Of a stretch of DNA of 64,000 nt, positions 1 to 11,024 are shown piece by piece. Position 1 is the stretch's first letter. The number at the start of each line of letters is the position of its first letter. The notes below the pieces were generated by a model that worked only from the letters and a program-made list of their open reading frames with translations, made no database searches and was not told where the DNA came from. The position numbers and the translations under genes are program-made. This DNA comes from Planktothrix sp. GU0601_MAG3 (GTDB lineage Bacteria; Cyanobacteriota; Cyanobacteriia; Cyanobacteriales; Microcoleaceae): positions 1,684,578-1,748,577 of the forward strand of contig CP136572.1 of assembly GCA_035193785.1 (NCBI GenBank), in the 5' to 3' direction.

Positions 1-1673
1 TGTAGATTTACTCAGTCAAAATGAACAAGTATTAGCCTATTGGCATCAAAAGTTTTGTCATATTCTAGTAGACGAATATCAAGATACTAACCGCACCCAA
101 TATAACTTAATTCGGTTATTAGTTACCAATGGCGAAAACCCGAGAACCATTGAAAATTGGCAAAATCGTTCTGTTTTTGTGGTGGGAGACGTAGATCAAT
201 CTATTTATTCCTTTCGGATGGCAGACTATAAAATATTATTAGAATTTCAACAGGATTTTGGCGATCGCTTACCCGATGACGATACCCGAACAATGATTAA
301 ATTAGAGGAAAATTATCGCTCCCGGGAAAATATTTTACAAGTAGCAAATCATCTAATTCAAAAAAATACCGAACGGATTGATAAAATCCTCCGTCCCACC
401 CGAGGAGAAGGGCTACCAATTTACTGTTATCACGCAGATGATGAAGTAGATGAAGCCAAATTCATTCTATCACAAATTCAAGGAATTAGCAAACAAAATC
501 CCGAATTAGATTATGGGGCGTTTGCCATTTTATATCGAACCAACGCCCAATCCCGCGCCCTAGAAGATGTCTTATTAAGAAATAATATTCCCTATACCGT
601 GGTCGGGGGATTAAGGTTCTATGACCGCAAAGAAATCAAGGATTCCATATCGTATTTACGAGTCATTGCTAACCCCGCCGATAGTGTTAGTTTGCTCAGA
701 ATTATTAATGTTCCCCGTCGAGGCATTGGTAAAACTACTATTGACGGGTTAATGAATGCGTCTCAACAGTTAGGAATACCCCTTTGGGAAGTAATTAGTG
801 ATGAGGATTCTGTTAACACCATAGCCGGACGTTCAGGCAAATCCGTGAATCAATTTGCCCAAACCATTAAAACTTGGCAAGAACGCCTAGAAGACCATTC
901 CGCTCTGCAAATTTTAGAAGGAATTTTACTAGATGCAGGTTATATTCAAGACTTAAAAAATGAGGGTACAGATGAAGCCGAAAACCGCTTAGAAAATATT
1001 AAAGAATTGACTAATGCAGTCTCACAATTTCAAGAGGAATATGAGGATAATACCCTGGGCGGATTTTTAGCCAGTGCTTCCTTAGCTTCCGATTTAGATA
1101 ACTTAAAAGAAGGACAAAAAGCGGTTTCCCTATTAACCCTCCATGCGGCGAAAGGATTAGAATTTCCGATTGTATTTTTAGTGGGTTTAGAAACAGGGAC
1201 TTTTCCCTAATTATCGCAGTTTAAACGACCCGTTATCCATTGAAGAAGAACGACGTTTATGTTATGTGGGAATTACCCGCGCCCAAGAGCAATTATTCTT
1301 AACCCATGCTTGTCAACGGCGGTTATGGGGGACTTTAGAATCCTGTATTCCCTCGATGTTTTTACAAGAATTACCCGAAGGATTAATTCATGGTTATACT
1401 CCTCCGACTCAACCCAAAACAAGTAAAACCAAGGGAATTAAAAAAGAGTCAAAATCACCGACTGAGATTAAACAACCTGCCAAAAGTGACAAATTAGAAT
1501 CGGATGTTAAGGATTGGAAAGTCGGGGATAAAGTCTTTCATCGTACCTTTGGGATTGGAGAAGTTACCCACGTTTTTTCTAATAAAGATAAAATGTCTTT
1601 AGCGATTAAATTTGGTAGCCTTAGTCCTAAAATTCTTGATCCTAAAACTGTTCCTTTACAACGCTTTAAATAA
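1..1673 (+). CDS. pcrA: ATP-dependent DNA helicase PcrA/UvrD (5' end outside window; apparent +1 frameshift at GAAAC 1190)
   Basis: Motifs VDEYQD, VGDVDQSIY, LEENYRS, YRTNAQS, TLHAAKGLEF, GITRA; removing one A at 1190-1194 restores GLEQGLFPNYR and joins ORFs 179..1210 and 1266..1673. Confidence 0.93.
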
Positions 1674-1766
1674 CCCTGTTGTTGCGCTTGTTGTTGCGCT
1701 TCAGCGCAATCTATTGTTAAAGTACAATAACGCAGAAGATGTGCTAAAGCACAACAACGGGTGGTG

Positions 1767-2387
1767 TTAAAGCTCAACAATGAATTTAATTTTTTGATGA
1801 ACAACAGCTAAATTCCACATATAATCATCAATTTCATATTGGGTTGCAGCTTGATTAATATAGGTTTTAGCCAGTTCTATATTTTGTTCTGCTTCATAAT
1901 ATAATCCTAAATAAAGATGACTATAAAAATTCCCTTTTTTTCCTTGTTTTTGTCCGATTTTTAATAAATCTTCCGGGGTACAATTCCCGGCAAATAATTC
2001 ATAAACACTTTTTAACACTGGACGCGGATCATTTTTAACCGGAAGTAGGGTATTTTTTGCGACTTCAATTCCCTGAAATTGGGCAATACATAAATAACGC
2101 CAAACCGTTTCTTCAACGTCTTGGGAATTAACGGTTAAATCGATTTCAAATTGTTCCGCACCGAGTTGATATTGTTCGGTATAATAATAGGATAATCCCC
2201 GTTGCCACAGATAGGGTTTAATGCTAGGATCTAACTTTTCTGCCTGATCAAAGTCCTGGATAGATTCGGTAATTTTCCCTAATTTAAAATAAACCATTCC
2301 CCGTTGGATATATCCCCGAATATCATTGGGATGGGAATGGAAGTATTTAGTCCAGTAGTTGAGTTGTTGTTCTAAGGAAAGAGACAT
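1767..2387 (-). CDS. TPR-repeat protein (NlpI-like)
   Basis: TPR-type helices YIQRGMVYFKLG, LWQRGLSYYY, HLYLGLYYEA. Confidence 0.75.
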   Translation of the reverse strand: MSLSLEQQLNYWTKYFHSHPNDIRGYIQRGMVYFKLGKITESIQDFDQAEKLDPSIKPYLWQRGLSYYYTEQYQLGAEQFEIDLTVNSQDVEETVWRYLCIAQFQGIEVAKNTLLPVKNDPRPVLKSVYELFAGNCTPEDLLKIGQKQGKKGNFYSHLYLGLYYEAEQNIELAKTYINQAATQYEIDDYMWNLAVVHQKIKFIVEL

Positions 2388-2459
2388 ATTTGATTAATAT
2401 TTTAGATGATCATAACCAAGAATAGAATATAATGATCAAGAATCCCGACGATCCATTTT

Positions 2460-2786
2460 TCAATCTTCCTCATTTCTGCGAATAGCTGCCTCAATTTCTT
2501 CTGAATGAGCATCAGCATAAGTCCAAGCATTGACTAAATCCTCTGCTTTCAAGTGAGGGAAATCTTGTAAAATTCGAGCATCAGAAGCACCATTACGACG
2601 ATAATTGAGCAATGACCAAACGGGTATACGAGTGTTGGAAATTCTAGCATCTCCACCGCATACCCCAGGAGTTTTTTCAATTCCTTGCCAAACATTACTT
2701 AAACTTTGAACGAGCAATTGAATCGCCTGTGCTTTTTCTGTTAGACTTAGTGCTAGAAGTTGAGGTTCTAAGTCTTTTAGGGTCAT
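2460..2786 (-). CDS. DUF433 domain protein (putative antitoxin)
   Basis: TPGVCGGDARISNTRIPVW...ILQDFPHL signature. Confidence 0.85.
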   Translation of the reverse strand: MTLKDLEPQLLALSLTEKAQAIQLLVQSLSNVWQGIEKTPGVCGGDARISNTRIPVWSLLNYRRNGASDARILQDFPHLKAEDLVNAWTYADAHSEEIEAAIRRNEED

Positions 2787-2853
2787 ATTACTGCCTCCTT
2801 TTTAATCATCAACAGCAATGTTTCTTTAATTATAAGGGTTAATAGTTGATTTA

Positions 2854-2880
2854 TTCCCCATTCCCCATTCCCCATTCCCT
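2854..2880. repeat. Short heptamer tandem repeat (ATTCCCC)n, STRR type
   Basis: attccccattccccattccccattccc seen directly. Confidence 0.85.
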
Positions 2881-2907
2881 TGCTATCCCAGAAAAATCTG
2901 TTATAAT
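2880..2907 (+). promoter_or_regulatory. Sigma70-type promoter with extended -10 for the downstream ncRNA
   Basis: TGtTATAAT at 2899-2907, TTGCTA at 2880-2885, about 7 nt before the predicted RNA 5' end. Confidence 0.65.
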
Positions 2908-2913
2908 AAATCC

Positions 2914-3104
2914 AAGGTTGTGCTGCGACGTTGGTGATTTACCGATATGTTTTTTTGATCTATAGCTTTAAGAATACGGGAGCCAAGAGAATTGCAGGCG
3001 GCAGTAAACCGAGCTTAGACTCGGAAACTTTAAGTCTGGTCGAGGTACCCACCTGGTTTTGCCCAGGTCAAAAGCTGAGGTAACACGGCGTTGCGGTTGG
3101 CCTT
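2914..3104 (+). ncRNA. ssaA: Probable 6S RNA (cyanobacterial SsaA/6Sa type)
   Basis: About 190 nt non-coding; 5' aaggttgtgctgcgacgttggtg pairs with 3' cacggcgttgcggttggcctt as a long closing stem with a central unpaired region; strong promoter directly upstream. Confidence 0.72.
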
Positions 3105-3131
3105 ATTAATCAAGTTCTCAAACGATCGAAA

Positions 3132-3876
3132 CTATAATAAGCCGTCCATTTCCAAATCTTCAATAATTTGTAGTCCTCGCGGATCACCAACTCTTAATAA
3201 TGATGATTTGGCATCATCTTTGACCCCTACATCCCCATCTTCTTCCAAGGCTTCAATTAAGGCATCAATAGCCACGGCATAAACAACATTAGAGGGTAGT
3301 TCTCGACAGAGTTGCCCCAGTGCCCAGGCGCAGTTACTTCTAACCGCCGGAACCGGATCTTGACGGAGGGCTTCAATCATGGGGGGAATTGCCCGAATTA
3401 CCGTATCATAACTCACTTTCGCCATTTGACCGAGGGAACTCGCTGCCCACAGACGCACGGCGGGAATATCGGTTTTTAGGGCATCTAACAGGGGTTCTAA
3501 AGCTCGGCGATCGCCACAGGTTTCCTAAAGCCCAAACCACCCCCTTACGGACATAACCATTCCAGTCCTGATGTAGTTGCGTAATCAACGCTTCCACCAC
3601 TTGGGAATTAGAATTGCGTCCCAGGGCATAGGCCACACTCACCCGCACCAAAGGGCAACTATCCTTCAACAGCCCAATTAAACTAGGAATAGCCCGCCCG
3701 TCCTTAATTTCACAAAATGCCCGGGCGGCAATCATACGTTGTTGCGGTTCAGGTGAGGTTAACAACAGCAACATTTCCTCTGGATCGGGCTTGGCTACCT
3801 CGCCATCATCCAATTGATCCAAAGGACTTTCTAAGGGGTCTTGAGTATTAGTTACGATCAGTTTTTCATCCTCCAT
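3132..3876 (-). CDS. HEAT-repeat (PBS lyase HEAT-like) protein; apparent frameshift at GTTTC 3520
   Basis: Repeats VRVSVAYALG, VRKGVVWALG, VRSNCAWALG; two ORFs join on removing 1 nt. Confidence 0.85.
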
Positions 3877-4079
3877 ATCATTAATTTACAGCAATTTGTC
3901 ACCGTTGATGTCATCAATTCTAGGGAAGTTCAACCTACTTGTATTATAAAACTTCACTGAGAACATAGTCAAATCTGCTATACTGTAGCCAGAAAGTGAT
4001 CAAATACTGCCAAATAATTAGGAGTTAGCTGCCGAGTCCCATGGCGTTTTTTTGGTGGAAGTCTAACAAAAAAAACTAC

Positions 4080-4425
4080 CTCATCCCGCCAGACAAACTG
4101 AAAGCAAAAGGATTGCGGTTAATTTCACCCCAATCACTATAGAAAATCGTGATAAACTTGCCAGATAAGGTAGAGGATTATCTACATAAAGCCAGTCGAT
4201 TGATTGTAGATTATTTGGTGTTTCATCAAATTGGCAATTTAGTCATTGGTAAAAACCTAGAACGAATTTGTAGGAGACTTTATCAGTCGTCTACGGAGAA
4301 ACGATTCAATGCCGATGTCAATGGCTGGTTGAATATTATTAGTTCCTCAGTTCCACAAGCTTTTAGCTAGACTTAGGTAAAGCCGTCCTCCGCTTCGCTG
4401 GCGTGACGGGGTTTCAAACCAAATT
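4080..4425 (+). pseudogene. Degenerate IS200/IS605-type tnpB remnant with a terminal hairpin
   Basis: KVEDYLHKASRLIVDYL..IGNLVIGKN joined directly to RFNADVNG (internal deletion); hairpin aaagccgtc...gacggggttt at about 4379-4415. Confidence 0.65.
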
Positions 4426-4430
4426 TTCCG

Positions 4431-5700
4431 ATGAAAATTACATCCGACAAAGAAAATCGTAAAAGCCCTCTCTGGAGCCTGTTTCTATTGATAATTGGGG
4501 GTGGGTTAGCTTTGATGGGTGATCGCTGGTTAGCCACCCGCACCGCTTCAACCGTTTCCGCCCTCAATAGCTCAAACCCCTGCCGAAACTGCCCCCTCTC
4601 CCGCCGTTAATTTCAACAGTCAAGCCAATTCTGTCTCCAGTCCGACTAGCTGGTTGGCTCAAAAAGTGGCTGCAAAGCCCGTGGATTCTAACTTTATTGT
4701 CGATGCAGTTAAGGAAATTGGGCCGGCTGTGGTTCGGATCAATGCCTCTCGTCAAGCCACCCGCCGAGGATTTGATCAGTTTGAAAATGGCTTTCCCGAG
4801 GAATTTTTTGGGGCGACTCCCCCCAGACGCCGTTCTGATCGCCCGATTGAACAGGGGACGGGCTCCGGGTTTATTCTTTCGGCCGATGGCGTAATTATGA
4901 CCAACTCCCACGTTGTCGAAGGGACTGATCGGGTGCAGGTGGTTTTAAAAGATGGCCGTCGCTTCGATGGCAAGGTATTGGGCTCGGATGCGGTGACGGA
5001 TGTGGCCGTAATTAAAATTAATGCTGATAATTTGCCTAGCGTTAAAATTGGCGATTCTGAGGCCCTATCCCCTGGGGAATGGGCGATCGCCATTGGTAAT
5101 CCATTAGGATTGGATAATTCGGTGACGGTGGGAATTATTAGCGCCACCGGACGGTCGAGTAGTGATATTGGTGTTCCTGATAAACGAATTGGCTTTATTC
5201 AAACCGATGCGGCGATTAACCCCGGAAACTCTGGGGGGCCACTACTAAATGCCAATGGAGAGGTGATCGGAATGAATACAGCAATTATTAGTGGTGCTCA
5301 AGGTTTAGGCTTTGCCATTCCAATTAATAAAGCTCAACAAATTGCCCAACAATTAGCCACAACTGGACGGGCTGAACACGCCTATTTAGGAATTGAAATG
5401 GTCACACTCAGCCCGGAATTATATCAAGAATTGAAAGAAACTCCTGATTTAGAGTTTCCCGTTACTCAAGATAGTGGTGTTTTAATTGTCAAGATTATTC
5501 CCGGTTCTCCAGCGATGAAATCTGGATTAAAACCAGGAGATATTATTGTGAAAATTGATGAAAAACCTATTATAAAATCAGATACTGTTCAAGAATTAGT
5601 TCAAAATAAAAATGTCGGAATCCCCATGAAAGTAGAGTTAAACCGTCAAGGAAAACCCCTAATATTAGAGGTGAAAACAGGTAATATGCCGCAGGGGTAG
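4431..5700 (+). CDS. HtrA/DegP-family serine protease with PDZ domain (HhoA/HhoB-like); apparent frameshift at GTTTC 4554
   Basis: [26 protein letters not shown]-terminal PDZ; N-terminal TM segment from ATG 4431 joins after removing 1 nt. Confidence 0.92.
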
Positions 5701-5703
5701 GGC

Positions 5704-5898
5704 GGGGGGAGCAGGGGGAGCAGGGGAAGTAAGGAGAGTAGGGGGAGCAGGGGGAGCAGGGGGAGCAGGGGGAGCAGGGGGAGCAGGGGGAGCAGGGGGA
5801 GCAGGGGGAGCAGGGGGAGCAGGGGGAGCAGGGGGAGCAGGGGGAGCAGGGGGAGCAGGGGGAGCAGGGGGAGCAGGGGGAGCAGGGGGAGCAGGGGA
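5704..5898. repeat. 9-bp tandem repeat (GGGGGAGCA)n, about 20 copies
   Basis: Seen directly after the protease stop codon. Confidence 0.95.
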
Positions 5899-5912
5899 GG
5901 TAAACTTTTGCT

Positions 5913-6116
5913 ATTACCCATTCGTAATTCGTAATTCCCCATTCGTAATTCGTAATTCCCTATTCCCTATTCCCTATTCCCTATTCCCTATTCCCTATTC
6001 CCTATTCCCTATTCCCTATTCCCTATTCCCTATTCCCTATTTCCTGTTCCCTGTTCCCTGTTCCCTGTTCCCTGTTCCCTGTTCCCTGTTCCCTGTTCCC
6101 TGTTCCCTGTTCCCTT
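5913..6116. repeat. Compound heptamer tract (ATTCGTA)n-(ATTCCCT)n-(GTTCCCT)n, STRR type
   Basis: Seen directly. Confidence 0.95.
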
Positions 6117-6172
6117 TCGCACTAATTTAATGATTTCATATAAGTTATTTATTGTTGAATGTAAGGAGGTTT

Positions 6173-6703
6173 ATGGGCGAGGTTTTAGCGATTTCTGAAT
6201 TGGGAAATCCAGTTTTACGGCATTATGCTGATCCGATAAATAATGTTAGGGAGGAGCGAATTCAAACCTTAATTGATAATTTAATTATTACCGCATCTCA
6301 AGCTAATGGTGTGGGAATTGCCGCGCCCCAAGTAGGAATTAGCGATCGCTTATTTATTATTGCCTCCCGTCCGACATTGCGCTATCCTAACGCACCTATA
6401 ATGGAACCCACGGCCATGATTAACCCTAAAATTATTAACCATTATCACGAAATAATTAAAGACTGGGAAGGCTGTTTAAGTGTCCCTGGAATTAGGGGAT
6501 TAGTTCCTCGTTATCAAGCCATAGAAGTTGAATATACCAACCGAGAAGGGGAATTATGCTATCAACAATTAACGGATTTTGTCGCTCGAATTTTTCAGCA
6601 TGAACTCGATCATTTGAATGGAATTGTATTTGTAGATCGGGTGGAAAGTACCCAGGATCTGTGCACTGAAACCGAATATCAAAAACGGATCACGGATTTT
6701 TAG
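6173..6703 (+). CDS. def: Peptide deformylase
   Basis: GVGIAAPQVG, EGCLS and QHELDHL motifs; AAGGAGG RBS before ATG 6173. Confidence 0.96.
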   Translation: MGEVLAISELGNPVLRHYADPINNVREERIQTLIDNLIITASQANGVGIAAPQVGISDRLFIIASRPTLRYPNAPIMEPTAMINPKIINHYHEIIKDWEGCLSVPGIRGLVPRYQAIEVEYTNREGELCYQQLTDFVARIFQHELDHLNGIVFVDRVESTQDLCTETEYQKRITDF

Positions 6704-7017
6704 GGATTTCGCTGATTTCACAGATTAGATTTGTTTCTAATCTTTGAAATCTGTATCAGTGATATGGATTTTTAGGGATTTCGCTGATTTCACAGATTAG
6801 ATTTGTTCTAATCCGTGAAATCTGTGTAATCCATCTAAATCAGTGATATGGATTTTTAGGGATTTCGCTGATTTCACAGATTAGATTTGTTCTAATCCGT
6901 GAAATCTGTGTAATCCATCTAAATCAGTGATATGGATTTTTAGGGATTTCGCTGATTTCACAGATTAGATTTGTTCTAATCCGTGATATCTGTGTAATCC
7001 ATCTAAATCAGTGATAT
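6694..7017. repeat. Tandem array of about 84-bp palindromic units (one shorter 72-bp copy plus three full copies)
   Basis: Unit ggatttttagggatttcgctgatttcacagattagatttgttctaatccgtgaaatctgtgtaatccatctaaatcagtgatat at about 6694, 6766, 6850, 6934. Confidence 0.93.
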
Positions 7018-7090
7018 TGGTTTTGCGGAATAGTTCCATTGATTATTGTAGAATGTTTATAAGTCAATTACAAGGAAATTAATTAACGCC

Positions 7091-7660
7091 ATGACTATTA
7101 ATTTAAATAAAGGTGAACGCATTAGCCTGTCCAAAGAAGCACCTGGGCTGAAAAAAGCCGGGGTGGGATTAGGATGGGATACTAACGCTTCTGATACCGG
7201 GGCTGCTTTTGACTTAGATGTGTCGGTATTTATGATTGGGAGTAATGGGAAAATTCCTAACGAACAATATTTCATATTTTATAATAACTTAAAATCTCCC
7301 GATGGTTCAGTAGAATCTTTAGGAGATGATCGCACCGGAGAAGGAGGCGGGGATGATGAAACAGTTTTTGTTGAGTTGAATACCGTTGATCCTAATATTC
7401 AAGAAATTGTCTTTGTTGTGACTATTTACGAAGCCGAAAACAGAAGACAAAACTTCGGACAAGTTCGCAATTCTTACATCCGAATTTACAACAATGAAAC
7501 CGACGTCGAGATCACCCGCTATGATTTAGAGGAGGATTTTTCCCGAGAAACCGCCATCGAAATCGGTCGCCTCTATCGCAAAGATGGTGAATGGAGATTT
7601 CAAGCCGTTGGACAAGGTTATAATTCAGGTTTAGAAGCCTTTGTTCAACAGTATACTTAA
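7091..7660 (+). CDS. terD: TerD-family stress protein
   Basis: GLGWD, FDLDVS, FIFYNN, DDRTGEGGGDDE, NFGQV, GEWRFQAVGQG. Confidence 0.92.
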   Translation: MTINLNKGERISLSKEAPGLKKAGVGLGWDTNASDTGAAFDLDVSVFMIGSNGKIPNEQYFIFYNNLKSPDGSVESLGDDRTGEGGGDDETVFVELNTVDPNIQEIVFVVTIYEAENRRQNFGQVRNSYIRIYNNETDVEITRYDLEEDFSRETAIEIGRLYRKDGEWRFQAVGQGYNSGLEAFVQQYT

Positions 7661-7721
7661 TTAGTTTTAGGGTTAACCGTTAACCCGATTTTTTGTTCAC
7701 AATTTCAGGAATTGATTAACC

Positions 7722-8291
7722 ATGTCAATTAATATTAAAAAAGGCGAAAGAATCAGTTTATCGAAAGAAGCTCCCGGGTTACAAAGAGCCTCCATTGGTT
7801 TAGGATGGGATGTCAATTCTAGTGATACTGGAACAGCCTTTGATTTAGATGCTTCTGTATTTATGTTGGCAGAAGATGGTAAAATTCCCGTTGATGAATA
7901 TTTCGTATTTTATAATAACTTAATCTCCCCCGATCAATCCGTTAAACATTTAGGAGATAGTCGCACAGGGGAAGGAAGCGGGGATGATGAAACCATCGTT
8001 GTTGATTTAGCAAAAATTAATCCTAACATCCAAGAATTAATTTTTGTGGTTACTATTCACGATGCTGACCAACGGCGGCAAAACTTCGGACAGGTGAAGA
8101 ATTCCTATATCAGAATTTCTGATGACGACACTCAAACCGAAGTCATAAAATATGATTTAGAAGAAGACTTTTCCCGGGAAACCGCCGTGGAATTTGGCAG
8201 ATTATATCTCAAAAATGGCGAATGGAGATTTCAAGCCGTAGGACAGGGTTATAATGCGGGTTTACAAAGTTTTGTAGACAAATACGTTTAA
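7722..8291 (+). CDS. terD: TerD-family stress protein (paralog 2)
   Basis: Same TerD motifs; closely similar to the upstream paralog. Confidence 0.92.
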   Translation: MSINIKKGERISLSKEAPGLQRASIGLGWDVNSSDTGTAFDLDASVFMLAEDGKIPVDEYFVFYNNLISPDQSVKHLGDSRTGEGSGDDETIVVDLAKINPNIQELIFVVTIHDADQRRQNFGQVKNSYIRISDDDTQTEVIKYDLEEDFSRETAVEFGRLYLKNGEWRFQAVGQGYNAGLQSFVDKYV

Positions 8292-8313
8292 TTTATTTTT
8301 GAGGATTTTAACC

Positions 8314-8911
8314 ATGGCGATTAACTTAAAAAAAGGTCAAAGTATCATTCTCGATAAAAGCGAATATGACCTATCCAAAATGGTCATGGGCTTAGGTTGG
8401 GATGTGTCTAAAAAAGGAATATTTGGCGGAATATTTAGCGGATCTGCCGATTTTGATTTAGATGGATTTGCCCTATTATTAGATGAGCGAGGAAAATTAA
8501 AAAATCAGCAAGAAGATGTGATTTATTTCGGACATTTAGCCACAAGAAATAATACCGTTGTTCATTCAGGAGACAACCTCACCGGAGAAGGATCGGGGGA
8601 TGATGAACGAATTATTATTGATTTCAAAACCCTTCCTCAAACCTATCACCAAATTATTTTAGGGGTGAATATATACCACGCTGAAGACCGCCAACAAAAC
8701 TTCGAGATGGTCAAAAATGCCTTTGTTAGAGCTATAGACGCTAAGGGTAAAGAAATTGCTCGTTATAGTCTTTCCGGTGAACCCGCTTACTCAGGACAAA
8801 CTTCTATGTTACTGGGGGAAACTCTCTCAAGAAAACGGACAATGGAAATTTAAAGCATTAGGAACACCATTAAAAAGTAATTTAAACGGGGTTATTCGTT
8901 CCTTTTTGTAA
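8314..8911 (+). CDS. TerD/TerZ-family protein (paralog 3); apparent frameshift at GAAAC 8818
   Basis: GLGWD, HSGDNLTGEGSGDDE; correction restores LGELSQENGQWKFKALG. Confidence 0.88.
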
Positions 8912-8917
8912 TCGATT

Positions 8918-8994
8918 TATAGCAGGGAACACCGGAACAGGGGGAAAAGATTTCACCGTAAAGGTTTTAGCATCAGGTGATGGAGACTGCTATA
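8918..8994. mobile_element. Small MITE-like remnant with TATAGCAG...CTGCTATA termini
   Basis: 8-bp terminal inverted repeat, no ORF. Confidence 0.45.
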
Positions 8995-9131
8995 TTCTCA
9001 AAAATTAGGGGCGAAGTATTCAGATCTTAAATGATGGTTTGATCATCACTTTCTATCCAAATTCTCCGCCCCTAGAACCGATAAATTTTCAACACTATAT
9101 TAATAATATGGGTGTTGAAAATCGGTTTACC

Positions 9132-9885
9132 CTAGCGTTTGCGATAGGGAAACCATGGTTTCAATATTGATATCACCTAAAGAAATGCGAGTCACCGGGG
9201 TAACGGTAGGAGTAACTAAACCCAGGAACTGTGCGGGATCGCCAGCTTTGAGTTGTTTTTCTTGGGGAACAAAACGACGAACCGCATTTTGCCAAACCAG
9301 TTGGGGGAAGCCGAGTTGGTTCCGGTGGTACTCGTTGTAACGAGGGGTTTTCAGGTTAAAGGGAACTTCCCCTTGGTTGCGTTGTAGCAGTACCCGACGA
9401 CGTTGGTAGGGAACCGTGTCATACCCGAAATTATCCAGGTATTCATCGCTATCGAGCAACTCATCAATAAACCCTTTAGGGCCTTTGTTAGCAACCACAA
9501 TCGACCAAGCGATCTTCTCACGCTCACTATAAACATCCCGTCCTAAGACGCGCTGGACAACCAACTCGACGAAACGGTAGTTACTGTTGGTTTGGTAATT
9601 GCGATTCAGGAAGGGCTCGGAAATCACTAAACCCCGAATAAAATCCCGGACGCTAATTTGGCCAAACTTCAACTGAGACTCTAAGAGAGTTTGACGGCTG
9701 CTTTTGAGCATTTGATGTTCACTGTAAATCTGGCGATAAGCAGCCCAAATGATGTCATCCCATTCGGAAGCCGAAGGCATATTTTCAGTTGTAAACACTC
9801 TGGGTTGTTCATCACCGGCTACTTCAAAGCCAGCCACGCGAACATTGCGGCTAGTAGGGCCATAGCTTAATAAAGGAAGCGCCAC
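9132..9885 (-). CDS. cpcG: Phycobilisome rod-core linker CpcG; apparent frameshift at 9149
   Basis: [39 protein letters not shown]; corrected C-terminus MVPYRKR is hydrophilic. Confidence 0.93.
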
Positions 9886-10199
9886 CTTAAATATCTCCTT
9901 AATTTTGAAGGTCAACTTTATTTTTTATCTTGTGGTCAGATGTTGCCCCGATCGCTCAGAGCTTTAGAGCGACAGGCTTGGCTATAGTACAGATTAGGGG
10001 ATTACGGCAACTCATCTGGCATTTTTCTGAACCAATGCAACAATATGTAACATTTTTTGATACCGGACACCCGATCCCTATTGTGCTACAATGAAACTCA
10101 AATCCCCTAGGGGGGGATAATTGTCAAGATATATTAAATTATGATAGTCTACTTAATAAATCTTAAAGATCTTGCCCAACATACTAATTAGGTTCTATT

Positions 10200-10901
10200 T
10201 TGACTACTACTCAACCAATTCAGCCCACCTCTCGATTGCTTCAGAGAATTCTAGCCAAAGTTAGGGTCTCCCAGACTTGGCTAGTGTTTTTCGCCTCGGT
10301 GTTTCTCGTGACTGTCCCGGTGTTTTTTCAAGCACCCCTAGTGCGACAATGGCCAGAATTTAGCGTGCTCCTCACCTTGGGATGGCTAGGAATTAGCTGG
10401 AGATTAATCAGACAACCCGCCACTTGGGTTTGGGGGGACTTATTATTAGGATTTAGTTGGAGTTGGTTTACAGGGGCAATCTATTGGGGTTGGTTACGCT
10501 GGGAACCCCTATTACATTTACCCGTAGAAGCTATAGGTGTCCCCTTTGCCGTCTGGTGTTTATATCGAGGCTGGGGAAAGGTCGGAAACTGGTTTTATTT
10601 GGGTTCCCTATTTGGAACGGCGGTCACGGACGGATATTTTTATATCGCCGGGTTAATTCCCAGTTGGCGTCAACTGATGCACGTTGAACCCGCCTTAGCT
10701 TTACCCATTTTTCAAAACGCCCTGCAAATAGTTACTACCCCCTGGGGAATTAGTTGGGCCGTCGGATTTGCCCTATTTTTATTTGGAGTTGGTATTTTTC
10801 CGTTACAATCAGAAGAAAAACATTGGTGGGCCTTTGGGGGGGCGGTATTGAGTACAATTTTGGTAGATAGTTTATTTTTGGTTGCGGCTTGTTTAGCCTA
10901 A
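10200..10901 (+). CDS. DUF3120-family membrane protein
   Basis: FLVTVPVFFQAPLVR, YWGWLRWEPLLHLPVEA, GSLFGTAVTD. Confidence 0.8.
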   Translation: MTTTQPIQPTSRLLQRILAKVRVSQTWLVFFASVFLVTVPVFFQAPLVRQWPEFSVLLTLGWLGISWRLIRQPATWVWGDLLLGFSWSWFTGAIYWGWLRWEPLLHLPVEAIGVPFAVWCLYRGWGKVGNWFYLGSLFGTAVTDGYFYIAGLIPSWRQLMHVEPALALPIFQNALQIVTTPWGISWAVGFALFLFGVGIFPLQSEEKHWWAFGGAVLSTILVDSLFLVAACLA

Positions 10902-11024
10902 TTTAACCACAAAGGTACAAGGACACAAAGAATACAAATCTATCGTAAATGTGCGACGATTAGGGAATTTTTATCTTTGTAAAGATTGTTTTTTTACCCT
11001 TAAATATAATTCTTGTTTCGGTTT

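Noticed and set aside
5646..5942. 98-aa poly(PLL) ORF on the minus strand
   Set aside because: Translation of the 9-bp tandem repeat; no sign of a real gene
6694..7017. CRISPR array
   Set aside because: Units are near-identical over their full length, with no unique spacers and no cas genes
9127..9200. CpcL-type membrane-anchored linker
   Set aside because: The corrected C-terminus (MVPYRKR) has no hydrophobic helix, consistent with CpcG
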